From positions 90,896 to 154,895 of the forward strand of contig JBAXSC010000001.1 in NCBI GenBank assembly GCA_037130925.1: a stretch of 64,000 bases of DNA. The letters are read 5' to 3'. Numbering within the stretch: the first letter of the stretch is position 1; each line of letters starts with the position of its first letter. Origin of the DNA: Candidatus Nomurabacteria bacterium. Its GTDB lineage: Bacteria > Patescibacteriota > Minisyncoccia > Phycocordibacterales > UBA5272. Position numbers and translations under genes: made by a program. The notes beneath the pieces were generated by a model. It ran no database searches. It saw only the letters and a program-made list of their open reading frames with translations, and was not told the origin of the DNA. Shown in pieces: positions 39,923-48,285 of this stretch.

Positions 39923-39935
39923 TTTTAAAAATTAA

Positions 39936-41354
39936 TTAAGAACTTATTTTTTCTAAATGTTCAATGAATAAATTCATTGGTTTTAATACCTGTAAAGGTA
40001 TATCTTCATCTTTGTAAATATTTTTTATAAACGAAATATATCCTTTGGCCTGATTGATTATCTTAGCTTTTTTGTCTTCTTCTTTTGTTGCTAAATAAAA
40101 GACTGATCTAATTTTTCTTTGAGTATTTTTGGGTATGGTCGGATTTAATCCAAACCAAGGAGTAAAATGTCTTAATGCTTGTCTTGCTCCTTTTATCCTT
40201 AAATATCTAAGATGTTTTAAATCTTGTCTATTTTTTCTTTTTTTAACAAGTCTTAAGCCTGTAACCATCGGATTTTCGTATTCACATTCATACACATGGA
40301 TTTTTCCCATATTAAATTTCCAAAAAGAAGTAAGTTCTACCTGTTTTATTAATTTTAATAATCTTTTAGTGATTGTAGATTTATTATCTTTAGTATTATA
40401 AACACTAATAGTTATACTATCTACATAAACAGATATTCCGTTATAGCCAGCGTTTACAAAAGATTTTGGAATTTTATTTTCTAAAAATTCTTTTTCAAAT
40501 AGATCTAAAATGTCACCATTAGATAAAATTAAAGCCATTAATATATTTGAAGTATTATAACCTTGCGGCATTATTCCTTCACAAGTAACTATTGTTGATA
40601 ATATCTCAGCCATCTTTTTACAAATAGCATAGACGTCATCATAATGTTCTGGAGACCTGATAAGTTTTCTGAGATAAGGATAATCCTTATTAGGAAAAAG
40701 TAATATTCTTTTTCCTGTAAGGTTTCTAACTCTATAGCCGCTTATCCAGTAATAAATTTTTTTATTTCTCCATTTTTCTTTTGTGTCCATTCTCTTTTTA
40801 AAAGCTTGAACTTCTGTAAAACCTTCTATTATTACCTCTTCTTTAGACCTTTTTTCTTTACGGTTAAAAGGTAGTTTTTGAGACAATTTTTTCTGTTGTA
40901 TTTCATGAAGTATATTTTCATGGTAATAATAGTATTTTCTCCTATGTTCGTTCATTTCAGATAAAAAAATATTAAGTAATATGTCTTCTATCTGTTCTTT
41001 AGTGATACAATGAAAAGCGTCTCTTATGTCTACATCTATAATAAATTTAGGAGCCATAAGAGTGTGAGGCAGTATTCCATCCATTACGGACTTGTTTTTC
41101 ATACCGCCACAACAATGTTTAGAAATAAGGTTCAAATGAAAAATTTTTTTAAAGAAGTTTATATAAATATTTTTTACAACTTCCTTTGTTACTCTTGTGG
41201 GAGCGTGAATAGTTCTAAATCCACCACTTTTTTTAGGTTCTTTTTTAACTCTAAACGTGGGGTTACTATAAGCTTCTTCAATCAACTTATAGTCTAATTT
41301 TGTATAGTGTGCCAATATTTCTATAGCAAGACTATAAATTGATTGTTCGTCCAT
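39936..41354 (-). CDS. retron-like reverse transcriptase with YVDS catalytic motif and a large motif A-B insertion
   Basis: 472-aa ORF. Readable RT motifs are KKSGGFRTIHAP (RT1/2), GMKNKSVMDGILPH (RT3 region), FIIDVDIRDAF (motif A), MPQGYNTSNIL (motif B), ISVYVDSITIS (motif C) and NPMVTGLRL (VTG, a retron hallmark). Its layout is collinear with my memory of Ec86 RT. Confidence 0.8.
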   Translation of the reverse strand: MDEQSIYSLAIEILAHYTKLDYKLIEEAYSNPTFRVKKEPKKSGGFRTIHAPTRVTKEVVKNIYINFFKKIFHLNLISKHCCGGMKNKSVMDGILPHTLMAPKFIIDVDIRDAFHCITKEQIEDILLNIFLSEMNEHRRKYYYYHENILHEIQQKKLSQKLPFNRKEKRSKEEVIIEGFTEVQAFKKRMDTKEKWRNKKIYYWISGYRVRNLTGKRILLFPNKDYPYLRKLIRSPEHYDDVYAICKKMAEILSTIVTCEGIMPQGYNTSNILMALILSNGDILDLFEKEFLENKIPKSFVNAGYNGISVYVDSITISVYNTKDNKSTITKRLLKLIKQVELTSFWKFNMGKIHVYECEYENPMVTGLRLVKKRKNRQDLKHLRYLRIKGARQALRHFTPWFGLNPTIPKNTQRKIRSVFYLATKEEDKKAKIINQAKGYISFIKNIYKDEDIPLQVLKPMNLFIEHLEKISS

Positions 41355-41590
41355 TTTAAATAATTTTATTTGTTAATTAATTCGATTTTGAAAGAGCGAT
41401 TGGCTGGGCCCTGGATTTTTTAAATCCAGGGTTTGATTTTCATTCTATTCGGCACGAATGCCTTTGTTATGTAAGTTCGATGCCTGATAAGGCACCTCTC
41501 TCATTATGTCTTTTGGTCAGCTAGATACTAACTGACACATTAAAACCAGACTATTCAATGAAAAAACATCAATAGAGAACCCCAGTTAAT
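41355..41590 (-). ncRNA. structured non-coding leader co-transcribed with the RT (candidate RT template/msr-msd-like RNA)
   Basis: About 235 nt lie between the predicted TSS and the RT ATG, GC-richer than the flanks. Minus-strand hairpins include ccctggattt-aaa-aaatccaggg (10 bp), ggca-UUCG-tgcc, tgcc-ttatca-ggca and gtcag-(11 nt)-ctgac. There is no credible ORF. Confidence 0.5.
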
Positions 41591-41593
41591 TTA

Positions 41594-41622
41594 ATATTAT
41601 ATCTTTTTGTTAATGTTGTCAA
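41594..41622 (-). promoter_or_regulatory. sigma-70-type promoter for the ncRNA-RT transcript
   Basis: Minus strand TTGACA (41622..41617), a 17-nt spacer, then TAATAT (41599..41594). An overlapping TATAAT lies at 41601..41596. Confidence 0.55.
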
Positions 41623-41637
41623 TTTGATTTTAAAAAT

Positions 41638-41668
41638 AAAAAAGCCGCAAATTAATGCGACTTTTTCT
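41638..41668. repeat. right direct repeat / terminator hairpin flanking the RT module
   Basis: aaaaaagccGcaaattaatGCgActttttct. It is homologous to 39892..39922 and serves as the terminator of the 82-aa gene on the minus strand. Confidence 0.7.
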
Positions 41669-41691
41669 TAATTTTAAATTGTTAATAACTA

Positions 41692-41940
41692 CTAATAGTG
41701 ATCAGCAACTTTTTGTTTACCTTTTTCAGCTAAGGTGAATAATTCATTTTCCAATTCAAGAAATTGATCATTTGTTATTTCTGATATTTTATTTATATCC
41801 CAAATTGGGAATAATACATTTACATGTTCAGATATAAATTTATCTGCTCCTTTCGCTTGAAAAAGTTGGGAAGATCTAAAAAATTCTTTGGGAACTTCTT
41901 CTTTAACTTTGAATTGATCCTCTTGATGACTTCTAGGCAT
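41692..41940 (-). CDS. hypothetical protein
   Basis: 82-aa ORF, separated from the RT module by the terminator repeat. Confidence 0.45.
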   Translation of the reverse strand: MPRSHQEDQFKVKEEVPKEFFRSSQLFQAKGADKFISEHVNVLFPIWDINKISEITNDQFLELENELFTLAEKGKQKVADHY

Positions 41941-42048
41941 TGTTATAAAATTTAATAGTTAAGAATAATATTAGAAAGAACTTTAATATTAATAACAAAA
42001 AAAGCTTGATTGGTCAAGCTTTTTTTGAATATTTCAATATTTTATTGA

Positions 42049-43203
42049 TTATTTTTTAACTGTCAAAGTCATTTTCTCTTCTTTTCCTTCGAATAGGTTG
42101 ATTTCAAATTTATAAACCTTTCCTAATGAAAGCTCTTGTTTCATTTTGTCTTCGTTTTCAAAATCAGAAATGTGTACAAGTCCTGCTACACCTTCTTCAA
42201 TTGATACTAAAGCTCCGTGTTTATTGAATCTGATAACAACTCCATCTACAGAATCTCCTTTCTTGTATTTCTTACTTGCAGTAATCCAAGGATTTTCTTT
42301 TAATTTCTTCATTGATAGAGATATCTTATCATCTTTAATTTCGATAACTTCAACTTTTACTTTATCTCCAACTTTCGCATAATCTTTTGTATTTTCTACT
42401 AGACCCCAATCGATCTCACTTTTGTGAATAAGACCTTCGATCTCATCTTCAATCTTTACGAAGATACCAAAGTCTACAACTCCAGTAACAGTTCCTTCTA
42501 AGATATCGCCAATGTTGTATTTAGAAATGATCTTTGTTAAAGATTTTGTATCTTTTTTATCTTTCTTATCATCTTTTTTAGAATCTTTCTTTGAGTCTTT
42601 AGAGTCTCCAGAAGTTATTGGATCTGTTGATTCACTAAAGATAAGTTTTCCTTCTTTAGGAATAGCAGCAATAATACTTACAGGAATTCTCTTTCCAACT
42701 AATTTTCTTAATTCAGTTAAGATTTGATCTTTACTTCCATCAGTTACTTTAGGATAATTCTCTCCTTTTAATTGTGATGAAGGAAGGAAACCGTTAAGAC
42801 CATTCCAGTCCATGATAAGTCCTCCTTTATTTGCTTCTTTAACAACAAGTGAAAGAACTCTTTTTTCTTTAAGAAGACTTTCTGCTTCACTCCAGATAAG
42901 AGCATGCTTTGCTTCACGTAGAGAGAGATCGATATATCCATCTTTGTTTTCTTTTAAGATGATTTTAGCTGTGATAGTATCACCAATGTTTGTCTTTTTG
43001 ATAAGATCACGAGCGTTGATGTACTCAACACCGTAGATGATACCTGTACCAATTGGCCCAAGATCAACATAAACTGCTGTTGGACTAATAGCAGCAACGA
43101 TACCGTCGATAATGTCATCCTCTTTAATAGGGGTGATATTTCCTAACACCATTTTTACATATTCATCAACTACTACGTTAGTTGTAGGGTTTGTGTTTGT
43201 CAT
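42049..43203 (-). CDS. rpsA: 30S ribosomal protein S1 (four S1 domains, K/D-rich linker)
   Basis: ORF 42049..43227 (TTG start) trimmed to the ATG at 43203 (MTNTNPTT). It has repeated S1 OB-fold motifs (GDIITGTV-like: DIIDGIVAA, GDILEGTVTGV, GDSVDGVVIRF). Confidence 0.85.
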   Translation of the reverse strand: MTNTNPTTNVVVDEYVKMVLGNITPIKEDDIIDGIVAAISPTAVYVDLGPIGTGIIYGVEYINARDLIKKTNIGDTITAKIILKENKDGYIDLSLREAKHALIWSEAESLLKEKRVLSLVVKEANKGGLIMDWNGLNGFLPSSQLKGENYPKVTDGSKDQILTELRKLVGKRIPVSIIAAIPKEGKLIFSESTDPITSGDSKDSKKDSKKDDKKDKKDTKSLTKIISKYNIGDILEGTVTGVVDFGIFVKIEDEIEGLIHKSEIDWGLVENTKDYAKVGDKVKVEVIEIKDDKISLSMKKLKENPWITASKKYKKGDSVDGVVIRFNKHGALVSIEEGVAGLVHISDFENEDKMKQELSLGKVYKFEINLFEGKEEKMTLTVKK

Positions 43204-43554
43204 AATTTTATTATTTATCTGTCTCAAAAATATAAATAGATATTTAAACGATATTCATTATTTATTTTTGGATTAGTCAGATAGAAATAAACTATATCAT
43301 AAAAGGGGATTTTTGCAAAATAAAAAACCATTAACTTTTTGAGGGTTAATGGCCTTTCTTTAACATATTTACTAAATAGTTAAATTTTTTAAAAAAATGC
43401 TGCCAATTAATTCTTCTTTAATTGTTTCTTCATAAGCTTTTAAATTTCGTTAAAAAATAAAGTACCAGAACCTTAATTATTATATAATTTATCTTTTTAT
43501 AATACAAGTAATTTGTATGAAAATATGTTTAAAACTTTTTATAAAATAAAAAGC

Positions 43555-43698
43555 CTCCCGAACTAAAAAGCTTGGGAGGTTTGTCTATGTTGAATTCAGA
43601 TTCGCAGAGGAGTTTACTCTGTCTGAATTTACTACCTAGGAGCATAGACAGCTCTTTTCTGTTAACGCATAAAATGTATTTTTAAAATTAGTTACTCT
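43555..43698 (-). ncRNA. candidate ~145-nt small RNA, class unknown
   Basis: Minus-strand promoter TTGACA (43732..43727), a 16-nt spacer, then TATAAT (43710..43705). The body is a long imperfect hairpin (gtctatg...aattcaga...cagag/ctctg...tctgaatt...catagac). A terminator cctccc-(14 nt)-gggagg plus a T-run lies at 43590..43555. Confidence 0.4.
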
Positions 43699-43819
43699 TA
43701 TTATATTATACACCTATTATATTTTTTGTCAAGTATTTTTGTATAGAAAATAGGGGATTTGTAAATATAAATTAAAATACCCTTATTTTGTAAGGGTATT
43801 TTAATAATAGAAATATTAA

Positions 43820-44923
43820 TTATTCTTCTTCTGGAAGAGTTTCGTCATCTTCTGCTTCATGTTTTTCTGGAGCAAAATCTAATCCGCCATTTTCAAGATT
43901 TTTTCTAATTTGCTTTTCTAATTCTTTTGAAATTTTATGATTTTCTTTCAAGAAATTTCTTGAAGCGTCATATCCACGTCCAAGTTTTTCTTCTCCAAAG
44001 CTGTAGCTTGTTCCTGATTTTGTGACTAATTTAAATTTTTCTCCTAAAGCTAAAAGCTCTCCTTCTTTTGAAATTCCTTCACCATACATAATATCAAATT
44101 CTGTAGTTTTGAATGGTGCGGCAACTTTATTTTTAACAACTTTTACTTTTGTTCTAGCACCTAATACGTCTTCTCCTTTTTTAATTTGAGCAGTTTTTCT
44201 GATATCAAGTCTGACAGATGCATAGAATTTTAATGCTTTTCCTCCTGGTGTGGTCTCTGGATTACCAAACATGACACCAATTTGCATTCTGATCTGATTA
44301 ATAAAGATAATAACAGTCTTTGATTTATGCGCTATCGCTGTGAGCTTTCTTAAAGCTTGTGACATAAGACGAGCTTGTCTTCCAACGTGGGCTTGAGACA
44401 TATCTCCTTCGATTTCTGCTTGAGGGGTAAGTGCTGCAACAGAGTCTATTACTAGTACATCAATTTTTCCACTTCTTACTAATGTTTCGGCAATGTCCAA
44501 AGCTTGCTCTCCATTATCTGGTTGAGAAATTAGAAGCTCATTAATATTTATACCTAATTTTTTAGCATATTCTGGATCCATTGCATGTTCTGCGTCAATG
44601 AAAGCACATGTTCCTCCCATTTTTTGTGCTTCTGCTATCACGTGTAGAGTCAGAGTTGTCTTACCTGAAGACTCTGGTCCAAAGATTTCAATAATTCTTC
44701 CTCTTGGAAGTCCTCCAACACCAAGTGCAAAGTCGAGACCGATTGATCCTGTTGGTACAGAGCCGACATCTACTTTTGGAGTATCGCCAAGCTTCATAAT
44801 TGCACCTTCTCCAAATTTATTTTGGATTTCTTTTAATAGGTCATCAGAGTTTACTTTCTTTCCTTCTTCTCTTGAGCCCATAGTCTTTTTTACTTTTGCT
44901 TTTACAGTTTTTTTGAAAGCCAT
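43820..44923 (-). CDS. recA: recombinase RecA
   Basis: 367-aa ORF with Walker [21 protein letters not shown] and L1/L2 loop motifs. Its own terminator lies at about 43775..43805. Confidence 0.97.
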   Translation of the reverse strand: MAFKKTVKAKVKKTMGSREEGKKVNSDDLLKEIQNKFGEGAIMKLGDTPKVDVGSVPTGSIGLDFALGVGGLPRGRIIEIFGPESSGKTTLTLHVIAEAQKMGGTCAFIDAEHAMDPEYAKKLGININELLISQPDNGEQALDIAETLVRSGKIDVLVIDSVAALTPQAEIEGDMSQAHVGRQARLMSQALRKLTAIAHKSKTVIIFINQIRMQIGVMFGNPETTPGGKALKFYASVRLDIRKTAQIKKGEDVLGARTKVKVVKNKVAAPFKTTEFDIMYGEGISKEGELLALGEKFKLVTKSGTSYSFGEEKLGRGYDASRNFLKENHKISKELEKQIRKNLENGGLDFAPEKHEAEDDETLPEEE

Positions 44924-44973
44924 ATTTTTAATATTCCTTTAATTTTTTAATGACTTAATTATAGCATGCTAAG

Positions 44974-45327
44974 CTATTCTTTTCCCACTTCCAGGACTTC
45001 TTCTTTTGTTTTATTGTATTTATCTACTGCTTCTATTATTACTAAAGTATAGGGTGCTTTTGCTATTACTTCTTCTTTAAAGTCTCCATCTTGATTAATG
45101 GTTATATCTTTCCCGTTTATTGAGATATTTTTCACATTTTTAGCATTTCCTTCTACGAAAAAAGTTTCTGCTTTAATAATTTCGCCAGGCTTTGGAGATT
45201 TGATAGATATTATTGGACCATAGGCAAAATTAAATATTCTAGTAATAAAATATATGACTATTATTAAAGATAGAGATATAAAACCCCATAGCTGTGTTCT
45301 TTCTAAGAAAGATCTGCGACTAGTCAT
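44974..45327 (-). CDS. hypothetical membrane-anchored protein
   Basis: 117-aa ORF with an N-terminal TM segment and a beta-rich ectodomain. Confidence 0.45.
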   Translation of the reverse strand: MTSRRSFLERTQLWGFISLSLIIVIYFITRIFNFAYGPIISIKSPKPGEIIKAETFFVEGNAKNVKNISINGKDITINQDGDFKEEVIAKAPYTLVIIEAVDKYNKTKEEVLEVGKE

Positions 45328-45332
45328 AGATA

Positions 45333-47870
45333 TTATTCAGATTTATGATCTTGTTCTAAGTCGTGTATTTCTCTTTCTAATTTTTCTACTTCACTTTCTG
45401 TGTTTTTACCAAAGAGAACTTCACGATGACGACCACTAGTTGCTGGACCAATTATTCCATACATTTCTAAATCATTTATTATACGAGCCGATTTATTGTA
45501 TCCCCAGCGGAACGCTGTTTGTAGGGCACTCGTAGATGCTTTTCCTGTTGAGATAACATAATCACGAGCAGACATATAATCCTCATCATCTGTAGGCTCT
45601 TCTTTTGGGCTACGTCCACCACCATCTTGCATTTCATTGTATCCAGAAGTAGGAGATGAAGATGAAATTTTTATTTTATCTATATTTATATTGTCAGGTA
45701 TAAAGTCATCATATTTATTTTTAATATCTTTTATGACACTTATTATTTCTTCATTTGATACGAAAGGAGCTTGGACACGAGTGATAGATGATCCGTTCAT
45801 ATAGAGCATGTCTCCATTTCCCAATAGATCTTCTGCGCCAGCCTGATCTAGAATCGTACGAGAGTCGATTTGTGATGTAGTTTTAAGAGCGATACGAGAA
45901 GGTATATTAGCTTTGATAGTACCTGTGATAACTTTCACGTCTGGACGTTGAGTAGTGAGTATTAGGTGTATTCCAGCAGCACGAGCTTTTTGTGATAATG
46001 ATGTAATAACAGGAGTTATTTCTTTTGGATAAGTTAGCATGAAGTCATTAAACTCGTCGAAAACAATTACAATAAAGGGCATTTTTGGTGGAAGATCTCT
46101 AACAATATCTCCTTCGTTATATTTTTTCTTTGCTTTTTCTAGAGCAGGCTCAAATATTTTCTTATTATAGTCTGTAATATTTTGTACACCATACTCACCG
46201 AGAACATCATAACGTCTGTCCATTTCTTGTGCTGCCCAATTTAAAGATTTGATAGCTGTCTTTGCATCTTTAATAATAGGAGTATAAAGATGAGGAAGAG
46301 AATTGTATGCTGTGAACTCCACTCTTTTTGGATCAAGAATAATTAATTTAAGATCAGAAGGTGAGTTTTTGTAAAGTAAAGATAAAATGAGATTATGAAG
46401 AGTGACAGATTTTCCTGTACCTGTAGCACCGGCGACAAGTAGGTGTGGCATCTTTGAAAGATCTGAGATGACAGGCTTGCCAATAATATTTTTACCAATA
46501 GCTAAAGAAAGTCTTGGTCCTTCTTGAAATTCTGGGAGCTCAAGCAAGCTGCGAAGTCCGAGCATTGTTTTCTTTTCATTTGGAATTTCAATACCGACGA
46601 AAGGCTTACCAGGAATAGGTGCCTCGATATGCATATTTGTAGCAGAGAGTGCCATTTGTAGATTATCTTTTAATGTGACAATCTTTCGAAGACTAACTCC
46701 TTGAGCAGGCTTTAAAGTGAATTGTGTCACAGATGGTCCAACTGTCACTTCTCCCATTTCAACAGGAATACTAAATTGATCCAAAACTTTTTGAATGACA
46801 TTCATTTTAAATTTAGAATCTCCAGCAGAAGATTTTCCAGAGTCTGTATTTAATAAATTAAGATCAGGTGCAATAAATTTTCCTTCTAAAATTATTGGCT
46901 TCATTTCTTCTTGAATACTTTTTTGTCTTTCTGATTCTGGTTTGAGTTTAGCTTTCATTAATTCTGATTCTTCTATTTGTTCTGAGTGTTCTGTGTTCAC
47001 ATTAATATTTGTAGCCCCTTCTACTTCTGCAGATTTTTCAAATCCTCCCATTAATTCAAAATGTAAATTACTTGCAGGTAATTCTTCTTCAACTTTCATT
47101 TCTTGGATCATTGCTTCAATATTTTTAATCTTCTTTTTTCTTTTTAAGAAAGAAAAAATCTTTGCAAATAATTTTCCAATTTTTATAAACAGCCATTTGA
47201 AAGCTTTGTATAAATTTTTGAAAATAATTTTTAAAACTTTCCATAAACAAGAGAAAAAATTATTAGAAACTTTTACAGGTTTTTCTTCTGTAGATAATTC
47301 ATCTGTTTCTTTTTCTTTGAAAAGCATTTCTCTAGTCTCTTCTTTTTCTTTATCTTTAGATAATTTTATTTCTGGGATTTTCGGTCTATCTTCATAGATG
47401 AAAATAAACGCAATTAGTCCTAAAGCAAAAGATATGATCGCAGGTAAAACATTTCCAAAATTCTTTTGTAAAAATTGAGATAGATACTCTCCTATCAGTC
47501 CGCCAGCAGGTATATGTATTGAAGAAGTGAAAGTGGTGCTAGAAAAAATTATGACAAGTGAAGATAGTATAGAGACTACTCCGTATCCTTTCTTTTTATC
47601 TGTCCATAAATAATATCCAAACATAAAGAATGTGATGAATAGAAGAAATGCACTCCAGCCGAATATTATATATAGATAGTGAAATACAAAATTACCAACT
47701 TCTCCTCCAGATTTAAAGGATGAGATTATTAAAAATATTCCTATTAAAAATAATACTATGGCTAGCATGCTATCTCTTATTGTTTTTTTCTTTCCGTCTC
47801 TTTCTGTAGATTGATGATCATACTTTCGGAAGTCTTTCTCTTTGATTTTGTAGTCTTTATCTTTTGCCAT
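45333..47870 (-). CDS. ftsK: DNA translocase FtsK/SpoIIIE
   Basis: 845-aa ORF with an N-terminal TM domain, motor Walker A VAGATGTGKSV, Walker B IVIVFDEFNDF and a C-terminal gamma (winged-helix) domain. Confidence 0.95.
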   Translation of the reverse strand: MAKDKDYKIKEKDFRKYDHQSTERDGKKKTIRDSMLAIVLFLIGIFLIISSFKSGGEVGNFVFHYLYIIFGWSAFLLFITFFMFGYYLWTDKKKGYGVVSILSSLVIIFSSTTFTSSIHIPAGGLIGEYLSQFLQKNFGNVLPAIISFALGLIAFIFIYEDRPKIPEIKLSKDKEKEETREMLFKEKETDELSTEEKPVKVSNNFFSCLWKVLKIIFKNLYKAFKWLFIKIGKLFAKIFSFLKRKKKIKNIEAMIQEMKVEEELPASNLHFELMGGFEKSAEVEGATNINVNTEHSEQIEESELMKAKLKPESERQKSIQEEMKPIILEGKFIAPDLNLLNTDSGKSSAGDSKFKMNVIQKVLDQFSIPVEMGEVTVGPSVTQFTLKPAQGVSLRKIVTLKDNLQMALSATNMHIEAPIPGKPFVGIEIPNEKKTMLGLRSLLELPEFQEGPRLSLAIGKNIIGKPVISDLSKMPHLLVAGATGTGKSVTLHNLILSLLYKNSPSDLKLIILDPKRVEFTAYNSLPHLYTPIIKDAKTAIKSLNWAAQEMDRRYDVLGEYGVQNITDYNKKIFEPALEKAKKKYNEGDIVRDLPPKMPFIVIVFDEFNDFMLTYPKEITPVITSLSQKARAAGIHLILTTQRPDVKVITGTIKANIPSRIALKTTSQIDSRTILDQAGAEDLLGNGDMLYMNGSSITRVQAPFVSNEEIISVIKDIKNKYDDFIPDNINIDKIKISSSSPTSGYNEMQDGGGRSPKEEPTDDEDYMSARDYVISTGKASTSALQTAFRWGYNKSARIINDLEMYGIIGPATSGRHREVLFGKNTESEVEKLEREIHDLEQDHKSE

Positions 47871-47916
47871 ATAAATAAAATTGTTTTTAATGAGCCCATT
47901 ATATCACGAGAGGATT

Positions 47917-47925
47917 TGTGGATAA
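47917..47925. promoter_or_regulatory. perfect DnaA-box 9-mer (TGTGGATAA = TTATCCACA)
   Basis: Exact match to the E. coli-type consensus in the ftsK / HTH-gene divergent intergenic region. Confidence 0.4.
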
Positions 47926-47950
47926 CTTTTTGATCCTTATAATTCAATCT

Positions 47951-48285
47951 ATAAGAGACATTATGAATTATTTGTCCTTTATAGAAGAGTATATTATAAA
48001 AGACATATTAAATTATAAATAATATTGTAAACGACATACCTATTTATATTATTTTTAATAAAGATGAATTTGGATTATATAAAAGACATTAATATTTTAA
48101 AAACCAGACTTGAATTTAAGTTTTAAAATACATAAAAGACATACATCTTATATCATAAATAAATTATAAAAAATAACAAATTTTCGCATTGTCTAGTCCT
48201 TGCTATTTTGATAAAAAAAGTATAGTATCAATGTAAATGTGAGGCCAAAAATAATTTCTTAAAAATTAATATGGATAAAAGACAA
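47951..48285 (+). repeat. array of six same-orientation 11-mers ATAAAAGACAT (iteron/operator-like)
   Basis: Copies lie at 47951 (ATAAGAGACAT), 47996, 48027 (GTAAACGACAT), 48079, 48132 and 48275 (ATAAAAGACAA, overlapping codons 2-5 of the downstream gene). Confidence 0.6.

Noticed and set aside
41355-41590. Canonical retron a1/a2 inverted repeats in the RT leader.
   Set aside because: The best long-range pairings I found are only 5 bp (ctggg/cccag) or 8 A-U-rich bp (ttttcatt/aatgaaaa). That is too weak to call, so the RNA is reported as msr-msd-like only by position.
39936-41640. RT as a group II intron-encoded protein.
   Set aside because: Only about 40 nt follow the ORF, so there is no room for domains V and VI. 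No GAGC...domain V-like hairpin or 5' GUGYG was seen, and the protein has no maturase X or endonuclease-like C-terminus.
39936-41640. RT as part of a diversity-generating retroelement.
   Set aside because: No template/variable repeat pair was noticed nearby. Motif B is QGxxxSN rather than the DGR-type [LIV]GxxxSQ, and no target gene with a C-terminal variable region is adjacent.
43555-43698. Small RNA between recA and rpsA as SRP (4.5S) RNA.
   Set aside because: It is a long hairpin of the right size, but the apical loop is not GNRA-type and the conserved helix 8 strings (GGAAGCAGCC-like, AGG..AGG 5' strand) are absent.
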